A program made the translations under genes and the position numbers. A stretch of DNA of 11,432 nucleotides. Source: Trueperaceae bacterium (lineage in GTDB: Bacteria > Deinococcota > Deinococci > Deinococcales > Trueperaceae). Location: the NCBI GenBank assembly GCA_040905465.1, contig JBBDRK010000007.1, positions 28,365-39,796 of the forward strand, written 5' to 3'. Every line of letters begins with the position of its first letter. Within the stretch, counting starts at the first letter, position 1. The notes below the pieces were generated by a model. It worked only from the letters and a program-made list of their open reading frames with translations, was not told the DNA's origin and searched no databases. Of the stretch, positions 1 to 6,175 are shown in pieces.

Positions 1-51
1 CTTCACTTGACCACCTTCACTTGACCGCTTTCACTTGACCGCTTTCACTTG
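1..51. repeat. 14-bp tandem repeat (unit YTTCACTTGACCRC, about 3.6 copies visible, may continue past the window edge) overlapping the nuoD stop codon
   Basis: Core TTCACTTG at 2-9, 16-23, 30-37 and 44-51 with exact period 14. Units: CTTCACTTGACCAC, CTTCACTTGACCGC, TTTCACTTGACCGC, TTTCACTTG. Confidence 0.95.
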
Positions 52-1274
52 TCGACGTCTCCCATCACAGGGTCCAGGCTGGCGATGTTGGCGACCATGT
101 CGGCGAACAGCCCGCCGATGCAGGCGGGCTCGAGCGCCTGCAGGTTGATCAGGCTGGGAACCCTTACTTTCACCCGATACGGCATCGAACCGCCGTCGCT
201 CACGAGGTAGTAGCCGAGCTCGCCGCGAGCGCTCTCGGTCGGCACGTACACCTCGCCGCGAGGCGGGTGGAAGCCTTCGGTTACCAGCTTGAAGTGGAAG
301 ATGACCGCTTCCATCGAGGTCTCCAGCTCACTGCGCGGAGGCAGGCTGATACGCCGGTCGGGGTCGCGAACCGCACCGGGCTCGAGCATCTCCAACGCCT
401 GCTCGATGATCTTCATGCTCTCGCCAAGCTCCTCGAAACGCATCATGAAGCGCGCGTGCGCGTCGCCGGCGTTCGAGGTCGGCACGTCGAAGCGGTAATC
501 ATCGTAGCCGCCGTAAGGCTGCGCCTTGCGGAAGTCGAGTTCGACGCCCGAGGCACGGAGGCTGGGCCCGGTCAGGCCGTAGTCGAGCGCCTGCTCGCGG
601 CTCAGCACGCCGACCCCTCGGGTGCGGTCGATGAAGATCTGATTACCCACGAACACGTCGCGGTACTGCTCCATCATCCGCGGAAACATGGCGAGGAAGT
701 CCTTCACCATCGGTACGAACTCGTCGGGTACGTCGCGCGAGAGGCCGCCCACCCGGAAGTAGCCGTAGTTCATGCGGACGCCCGACACCAGTTCGAAGAT
801 GTCGAGGATCTTCTCCCTCTCGCGCATCGTGTAGAAGAACGGGGTGAGCGCGCCCAGGTCGAGCACGCCTGTGCCGAAGAAGACCAGATGGCTGGCGATG
901 CGGTTGAGCTCGTTGAGGATAATGCGGATCCGTTGGGCCCGGGGAGGGACCCGCGCGTCGATGAGCTTCTCGGCGGCAAGCACGTACGCCAGGTCGTGCG
1001 CGAAGCCGTGGAGGTAGTCCATCCGGTTGGAGTAGGTCACGCACTGTTGATAGGTGCGGTTCTCCATGGTCTTCTCGAAACCGGTATGGAGATAGCCGAT
1101 CTGCGGCTTGATGGCGGCGATCCGCTCGCCGTCGAGGTCCACCACCAGTCGCAGCACTCCGTGGGTGGAGGGGTGCTGGGGCCCGACGTTGACCCTCATG
1201 TGACGCGTCTCGAACTCGCCGTGGCGCTCCACAGCGGTGGTCCGGGCGACGTAACCGGCGTTCTCGACCGTCAT
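45..1274 (-). CDS. nuoD: NADH-quinone oxidoreductase subunit D (Nqo4), 409 aa
   Basis: Motifs [37 protein letters not shown] and C-terminal DPVMGDVDK. Start taken as ATG at 1274 (MTVENAG), which overlaps the nuoC stop (ATGA). The ORF-track extension to 1592 is a shadow of nuoC. Confidence 0.97.
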   Translation of the reverse strand: MTVENAGYVARTTAVERHGEFETRHMRVNVGPQHPSTHGVLRLVVDLDGERIAAIKPQIGYLHTGFEKTMENRTYQQCVTYSNRMDYLHGFAHDLAYVLAAEKLIDARVPPRAQRIRIILNELNRIASHLVFFGTGVLDLGALTPFFYTMREREKILDIFELVSGVRMNYGYFRVGGLSRDVPDEFVPMVKDFLAMFPRMMEQYRDVFVGNQIFIDRTRGVGVLSREQALDYGLTGPSLRASGVELDFRKAQPYGGYDDYRFDVPTSNAGDAHARFMMRFEELGESMKIIEQALEMLEPGAVRDPDRRISLPPRSELETSMEAVIFHFKLVTEGFHPPRGEVYVPTESARGELGYYLVSDGGSMPYRVKVRVPSLINLQALEPACIGGLFADMVANIASLDPVMGDVDK

Positions 1275-1942
1275 TCGCCACCTCCGGACTGGCCGGTCAC
1301 CTCGTGCGCCACCAGCTCGAGCTCCTGCTCGCTGCGAACGCCCTTGCGGGCGCCACCTTTCCAGCCGGTGAGGCCGCTGTCGCTGCCGATGATCGACGCG
1401 CGAAAAGCTGCGGGATCGAGATAGCGTCCGTCGTTGAACAGTGTCGGTGTCTCGCCGATCGGAAAGTCCTTGCGGTGGGGATGCCCGTCGAGATCTTCCG
1501 GAGTGAGCAGCTTGCGCATCTCCGGGTGTCCGTCGAACACCACCCCGAACATGTCGAAGACCTCGCGCTCCATGAAGTTGGCGGCGCGCCACAGCCCGGT
1601 GGCCGTGGGCAGCTTCTCACCATCGGCAACCTCTGTCCGCACGAAGATCCGCTCCACGGCGGCGAGGTTATAGAGGTTGTAGGCCACCGTGAAGCGCTGT
1701 CCCCGATGACCCGGATAGGTCAACCAGTCGATGCCGAAGATGTCGGAGAGCAGCTCGAAGCCGGACGACTTCACCTCGTTCAGGGCGTCGACGAGGCGGT
1801 CGGGGGCCACCGTGTAGGAGAGCATCCCCTTGAACTCATGTCTCCGTGCCCCCATGGCTTCGAGCGCCGCTGCCGCTCCGGTCTGCCCGCCGGTGGGAAC
1901 AGCCGCGCCGGGCGGGGTATCCGTCGATTTCAGCGCGACCAC
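1271..1942 (-). CDS. nuoC: NADH-quinone oxidoreductase subunit C (Nqo5)
   Basis: [35 protein letters not shown] signature and a Thermus-like tail [12 protein letters not shown]...KGGARKG. Start uncertain: GTG at 1942 (overlaps the nuoB end) or ATG at 1855. Confidence 0.93.
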   Translation of the reverse strand: MVALKSTDTPPGAAVPTGGQTGAAAALEAMGARRHEFKGMLSYTVAPDRLVDALNEVKSSGFELLSDIFGIDWLTYPGHRGQRFTVAYNLYNLAAVERIFVRTEVADGEKLPTATGLWRAANFMEREVFDMFGVVFDGHPEMRKLLTPEDLDGHPHRKDFPIGETPTLFNDGRYLDPAAFRASIIGSDSGLTGWKGGARKGVRSEQELELVAHEVTGQSGGGE

Positions 1943-2466
1943 CCCTCCACCATTGGCAACTTGATCCCTTCCTCGTCGAAGGCCTCGCCGCGGACCTTCT
2001 TCTGGAGTTGCATGACAGCGAACACCAGGGCTTCGGGCCGCGGCGGACAGCCTGGGACGAAGATGTCTACCGGAACGACCGAGTCGACGTTCTGCACGAT
2101 CGCGTAGTTGTTGAACATGCCGCCCGACGAGGCGCAGGCGCCCATCGAGATAACCCATTTGGGGTCGGGCATCTGGTCGTAAACGCGCCTCATGATCGGC
2201 GCCATCTTCTTGGACAACCTGCCGGCCACGATCATTACGTCGGCCTGGCGCGGGCTTGCCCGAAACACCTCAGAGCCGAACCGCGCCAGGTCGTTGCGGC
2301 TGTTGGTCGACTGCATCATCTCGATCGCGCAACAGGCCAATCCGAACGTCGCCGGCCACAGGCTGTTCGACCGGCCCCAGGCCACCAGCTTGGCAAGGCT
2401 GGTCATCAGGATGCCCTCGCTTTCGAGCTCCTGCACGTCCTTCTCGAACAGATCCTTGAGAGCCAT
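1930..2466 (-). CDS. nuoB: NADH-quinone oxidoreductase subunit B (Nqo6), 178 aa
   Basis: [11 protein letters not shown] tandem Cys, [18 protein letters not shown] and VPGCPPRPE (N2 cluster ligands). N-terminus [15 protein letters not shown] resembles Thermus Nqo6. ATG at 2466. Confidence 0.98.
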   Translation of the reverse strand: MALKDLFEKDVQELESEGILMTSLAKLVAWGRSNSLWPATFGLACCAIEMMQSTNSRNDLARFGSEVFRASPRQADVMIVAGRLSKKMAPIMRRVYDQMPDPKWVISMGACASSGGMFNNYAIVQNVDSVVPVDIFVPGCPPRPEALVFAVMQLQKKVRGEAFDEEGIKLPMVEGWSR

Positions 2467-2471
2467 ATACC

Positions 2472-2819
2472 CTACTTCCAGTTCAGCACACCCTTTTTCA
2501 GGATGTACAGGTAACCCACTGCCAGAATGAGAACGAATATGGTGGCCTGCACGAACAGAAACTCCGGCGCAGCACCGAATTTCACCGCCAGAGGAAAGAA
2601 AAACGCCGTCTCGATGTCGAAGATGATGAACAGCATCGCCACCAGGTAGAAGTGAACCGGGAAGCGCTCGCGGGCAGAGCCAGTTGCAGGAACACCCGAT
2701 TCGTAGGCCGCCAGCTTGGTCTCGGTGGCCTTCTTCGGTCCCAACAGCGCGCTTGCCAGCAAGGCGGCAGCACCAATGAATCCGGCCGCCAGGAACATGA
2801 TCAGCACGCCTTCGTACAC
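2472..2819 (-). CDS. nuoA: NADH-quinone oxidoreductase subunit A (Nqo7), 115 aa
   Basis: Three hydrophobic segments; [20 protein letters not shown] and KKGVLNW motifs; GTG start preceded by a GGAGGGGAG SD. Confidence 0.97.
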   Translation of the reverse strand: MYEGVLIMFLAAGFIGAAALLASALLGPKKATETKLAAYESGVPATGSARERFPVHFYLVAMLFIIFDIETAFFFPLAVKFGAAPEFLFVQATIFVLILAVGYLYILKKGVLNWK

Positions 2820-2886
2820 TCGGCTCTCCCCTCCATCCAGTCGTTCGACATCGCGCGAAGTCCGGCTCCAAGGACAGCTTGTTCCC

Positions 2887-2904
2887 TTGTGCCAGAATTC
2901 ACTA
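2887..2904. promoter_or_regulatory. Putative Rex (NADH/NAD+ redox sensor) operator
   Basis: TTGTGCCAGAATTCACTA matches the consensus TTGTGAA-N4-TTCACAA at 11 of 14 positions and lies between the predicted nuo promoter and nuoA. Confidence 0.7.
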
Positions 2905-2918
2905 AGCTTTACGTACTC

Positions 2919-2927
2919 ATTGTATCA
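2919..2927 (-). promoter_or_regulatory. Extended -10 promoter of the nuo operon
   Basis: Minus strand reads TG-A-TACAAT inside the only AT-rich patch of this intergenic region. No good -35 hexamer 17 bp upstream (TCTCGG). Confidence 0.6.
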
Positions 2928-3110
2928 CCCGTAAACGGAGGCCGAGAGCGGTGGATAGAGGCCCTCGCTCGACTCAGTCTCCTCGCCTTCCGCTCGCGTG
3001 CGACAATCGGAGCAGAGCGACGACAGCGGCGATCCGAGGAGCACCGGCCAGGCAACGTGGCTTCGAGGATCGAAACGGGACCGGGCTCGTTCTCACGTAG
3101 GAGCTTTGAG

Positions 3111-4577
3111 TTGACCTTGGCGATAGACCAGATTCTCGTGGCCTCCGGCATCCTCCTGCTGATCGCAATATTCGCGAGCAAGGCGTCGGGCAGGCTGGGG
3201 CTCCCGGCTCTGCTGATCTTCCTGCTGGTCGGCATTCTGGCCGGGTCAGAGGGCATCGGCGGCATCGAGTTCGCCGACGTCGGCGCGGCCCAGGCTCTCG
3301 GAGTCGTGGCGCTGTCGTTCATCCTCTTCTCCGGCGGTCTCGACACGAGCTGGCGCTTCATTCGTCCGGTCCTGTTGCCCGGCCTGAGCCTGTCCACCGT
3401 GGCCGTTCTGCTGACAGCCCTGAGCGTGGCCGCGTTCGCGGCCTGGCTGCTGGACGTGACCTTTCTCGAGGGCATGCTACTGGGCGCGATTGTCTCGAGC
3501 ACCGACGCGGCCGCGGTGTTTTCCGTCATGCGCTCGCGCGGGGCAGGTCTCAAGGAGCGCATCAAGCGCGTGCTCGAGCTCGAGTCCGGCAGTAACGACC
3601 CGATGGCGATCTTCCTGACGGTTGGGCTGATCGGCCTGATGCTGGTTCCAGGCATCTCGGTCGCCACCCTGGTGCCGCTCTTCGCTTTCCAGATGGTCAT
3701 CGGCGCGGCTCTCGGCCTGGGGGTGGGCTGGCTGATGGTCTGGGTCATCAACCGAATCGATCTCGCCTACGACGGGCTTTACTCGGTCCTGTCGTTGGCG
3801 ATCGTGATGGTGGTGTACGGCCTCGCCGCCGTCGCGGGCGGCAACGGCTTCCTGGCGGTCTACCTGGCCGGCCTCTACATGGGCAATCAGGACTTCATCC
3901 ACAAACGCAGCGTTCAGCGGTTCCACGACGGACTGGCCTGGCTCATGCAGATCGCCATGTTCATCACCCTCGGGCTGCTGGTGTTCCCGTCGCAACTGCA
4001 GCCGGTGGTGTGGACCGGGCTGGCCCTGGCGCTCTTCCTGATCTTCATCGCCCGGCCGCTGGGCGTGTTCGTCGCCCTCCTCCCATTCCGGATGTCCTGG
4101 CGTGACAAGGGGATCATCTCCTGGGTTGGCCTGCGGGGAGCGGTACCGATCATCCTGGCCACCTACCCGCTGGTTCGCAACGTGCCCAATGCGGACACTC
4201 TGTTCAACGTCGTCTTCTTCATCGTGCTCACGTCCGTGCTGCTGCAGGCGCCACTGATTCCGCTGGTTGCCCGCTGGATGGGCGCGGACGCGCCGCTGGA
4301 CGAGGACCCCCGTCGCTATCCCATCGAGCTCGAGCAGACGGCCGACCTGGACAGTGACCTGGTGGAGGTTCCCGTTGCCCCGGACTCGTCGGCTATCGGC
4401 CGCACCATCGTCGACCTGCACCTGCCGGAAGCCGCTCTGGTGGTGCTGATAAGCCGCGAGGACAAGTTCATTGTTCCTCGCGGCGCAACGGCCATCCAGC
4501 AAGGCGACCGGCTGCTGGTGCTGGCCAACGAGGAGAGTCTGGCCGCGGTACGGCGCACGCTCGCAAGGGGCGCCTGA
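3111..4577 (+). CDS. cvrA: Potassium/proton antiporter, CPA1 family (CvrA/NhaP2-like), with C-terminal TrkA-C (RCK_C) domain, 488 aa
   Basis: Many transmembrane segments; GLPALLIFLLVGILAGSEG, ILFSGGL, SSTDAAAVFS, LELESGSNDPMA, GGNGFLAVY, WVGLRGAVPIILA; soluble tail ending in PRGATAIQQGDRLLV. TTG start at 3111 with AGGAG (3099-3103) 7 nt upstream. Confidence 0.92.
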   Translation: MTLAIDQILVASGILLLIAIFASKASGRLGLPALLIFLLVGILAGSEGIGGIEFADVGAAQALGVVALSFILFSGGLDTSWRFIRPVLLPGLSLSTVAVLLTALSVAAFAAWLLDVTFLEGMLLGAIVSSTDAAAVFSVMRSRGAGLKERIKRVLELESGSNDPMAIFLTVGLIGLMLVPGISVATLVPLFAFQMVIGAALGLGVGWLMVWVINRIDLAYDGLYSVLSLAIVMVVYGLAAVAGGNGFLAVYLAGLYMGNQDFIHKRSVQRFHDGLAWLMQIAMFITLGLLVFPSQLQPVVWTGLALALFLIFIARPLGVFVALLPFRMSWRDKGIISWVGLRGAVPIILATYPLVRNVPNADTLFNVVFFIVLTSVLLQAPLIPLVARWMGADAPLDEDPRRYPIELEQTADLDSDLVEVPVAPDSSAIGRTIVDLHLPEAALVVLISREDKFIVPRGATAIQQGDRLLVLANEESLAAVRRTLARGA

Positions 4578-4695
4578 CAAGCTTTGCCGAGCAATCGCCG
4601 GGTGACGTCACACCTCGCGATCAGCCTCCGGGAACGGCGTCCGGGCGTGAAATCGGCAGCGCCAATCGGCACTCGGAGGTTTCTATCACAAGCGC

Positions 4696-4724
4696 TTGAC
4701 GCACTCCGACGGCCCTTATATACT
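4696..4724 (+). promoter_or_regulatory. Sigma70/SigA promoter of the tRNA operon
   Basis: TTGACG (4696-4701), 17-bp spacer, TATACT (4719-4724), then a GC-rich discriminator GCGCAGGC typical of stable-RNA promoters. Confidence 0.9.
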
Positions 4725-4736
4725 GCGCAGGCTGCT

Positions 4737-4812
<76 letters not shown>

Positions 4813-4818
4813 AATAGC

Positions 4819-4894
4819 GGCCCCTTCGACTAGCGGTTTAGGTCACCACCCTTTCAAGGTGGCGGCACGGGTTCGAATCCCGTAGGGGTCACCA
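4819..4894 (+). tRNA. tRNA-Glu(TTC)
   Basis: Acceptor GGCCCCT/AGGGGTC, anticodon arm CCACC-CTTTCAA-GGTGG, GGTTCGAATCC, encoded CCA. Confidence 0.98.
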
Positions 4895-4899
4895 AGATT

Positions 4900-4930
4900 C
4901 GAGGAGGAGCCGACATCGAGCGCCTCCTCG
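4900..4930 (+). other. Stem-loop in the tRNA-Glu/tRNA-Val spacer
   Basis: Perfect 8-bp inverted repeat CGAGGAGG (4900-4907) / CCTCCTCG (4923-4930). Confidence 0.6.
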
Positions 4931-4938
4931 CTTCATAT

Positions 4939-5014
4939 GGGCGATTAGCTCAGCTGGTAGAGCGGCCGCTTTACACGCGGTAGGTCGGCGGTTCGAGCCC
5001 GTCATCGCCCACCA
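4939..5014 (+). tRNA. tRNA-Val(TAC)
   Basis: Acceptor GGGCGAT/ATCGCCC, anticodon arm GCCGC-TTTACAC-GCGGT, GGTTCGAG T-arm, encoded CCA. Confidence 0.98.
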
Positions 5015-5038
5015 CATTTCTCGATCCAGATCCGACAG

Positions 5039-6175
5039 CTACCCCTTGGCAGGCACTGTGAAGTAAAACGCCGCCCCCTTGCCGATGTCGCCTTCGGCCC
5101 ACACCCTGCCGCCGTGACGACGGATTATCCGGTTGACGATGGCCAGGCCGATGCCGGTTCCTTCGAAGGCGTCGTTCATGTGCAAACGCTGGAACGCCAC
5201 GAACAACTTGTCGGAGTAACGCATGTCGAATCCGGCGCCGTTGTCCCGCACGAAGCATGCGGTCTGTCCATCCACGCTCCTGGTACCGAACTCTATCAAC
5301 GCCGGCTCGTGCTTGCGACTGAACTTCCAGGCGTTCTCGAGCAGGTTTTCGAGGGCGGTCTGCAGGAGCCCACGGTCACCCTCCACCACCACCCCCGGCT
5401 CGATACGCACGTCTACCTTTCTGGTGGGGTCAGCGGCCCGCAGCCCGTCGATCACACTTTGCGCCAGGCCGCTCAGGTCGACCTGCTCGCGGCGCAGCGC
5501 GCTCCTGGCCATGCGCGAGAGGTTCAACAGGTCGTCGATCAACTCGCTCATACGGCTCGCGCCATCGCGGATACGCCGCAGGTACTGGCGGCCGACCTCG
5601 TCCAGGCGATCGCTGTAATCCTCGAGAAGCGCATGACTGAATCCGTCGATTCCCCGTAGGGGAGCTCGCAGGTCGTGCGATATCGAGTAGCTGAACGCCT
5701 CGAGCTCCTGGTTGCTCGCCTCGAGTTCCGCCGTTCGCTTGGCTACCCGCTGCTCGAGCCGCTCGTTCAGCCGCCGAACCTCCTCCTCCGCCTTGCGCGC
5801 TCGGAGATGGGCACGAATCGTGGCCACCAAGACGGGCGGCTCGAGCGGATAGGTGAGGTAGCCGTCTGCCCCGCTCTCCAGGCCCCGCACCTGCGATTCG
5901 GCATCGAGAAAGGTCGCTGAGAGGTGGAGTACGGGAATCAGCAGCGTATCAGGGTCGGCCTTCAAGCGCCGGCACACCTCGAACCCGTCCATGTCGGGGA
6001 GCTTCACGTCGAGGAGTATCAGGTCCGGGCGTTCAGCCGCCTTCGCCAATGCCTCGGCTCCGCTGCCGCCCTCCGACACCGCGAAGCCGGCAAGCTGGAG
6101 GGCACGGACGGTTGCGTAACGCCCGATCTCGTTGTCGTTTACCACCAGTATCCGCTGCTCACGCTCTTCACTCAT
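5039..6175 (-). CDS. Hybrid histidine kinase REC-HisKA-HATPase_c (phytochrome/Cph1-like transmitter), 378 aa
   Basis: N-terminal receiver (ILVVND, LILLDVKLPDMDG), coiled coil LEQRVAKRTAELEASNQELEAF, H-box SISHDLRAPL, N-box NLLENAWKF, DNGAGF, F.AFQRLH, GTGIGLAI. ATG at 6175 overlaps the upstream stop (ATGAGTGA). Confidence 0.93.
   Translation of the reverse strand: MSEEREQRILVVNDNEIGRYATVRALQLAGFAVSEGGSGAEALAKAAERPDLILLDVKLPDMDGFEVCRRLKADPDTLLIPVLHLSATFLDAESQVRGLESGADGYLTYPLEPPVLVATIRAHLRARKAEEEVRRLNERLEQRVAKRTAELEASNQELEAFSYSISHDLRAPLRGIDGFSHALLEDYSDRLDEVGRQYLRRIRDGASRMSELIDDLLNLSRMARSALRREQVDLSGLAQSVIDGLRAADPTRKVDVRIEPGVVVEGDRGLLQTALENLLENAWKFSRKHEPALIEFGTRSVDGQTACFVRDNGAGFDMRYSDKLFVAFQRLHMNDAFEGTGIGLAIVNRIIRRHGGRVWAEGDIGKGAAFYFTVPAKG

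Noticed and set aside
1..51. Repeat as a CRISPR array
   Set aside because: Units are 14 bp and directly adjacent, with no unique spacers and no cas genes nearby.
267..2530. Long + strand ORFs (267-1424, 1304-2107, 1846-2514 and others) opposite nuoBCD
   Set aside because: Antisense shadows of high-GC coding sequence with no recognisable motifs.
1275..2871. Long N-terminal extensions of NuoD (to 1592), NuoC (to 2158) and NuoB (to 2871), suggesting fusions or frameshifts
   Set aside because: They overlap the neighbouring genuine nuo genes in other frames. Each subunit has its own start and full-length conserved domain, so there is no NuoCD fusion.
2652..3110. 153-aa N-terminal extension of the antiporter
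   Set aside because: Overlaps nuoA and the promoter region and is Arg/Ser-rich noise. Family similarity and an SD begin at TTG 3111.
3014..3110. c-di-AMP (ydaO) riboswitch call for the antiporter leader
   Set aside because: The characteristic GCTGAATCC...GGGGAACC...CCCGTCAGCT-type conserved blocks are not present. Kept only as an unassigned structured-leader candidate.
2909..4672. Minus-strand ORFs 2909-3751, 3477-4580 and 4316-4672
   Set aside because: Antisense shadows of the antiporter.
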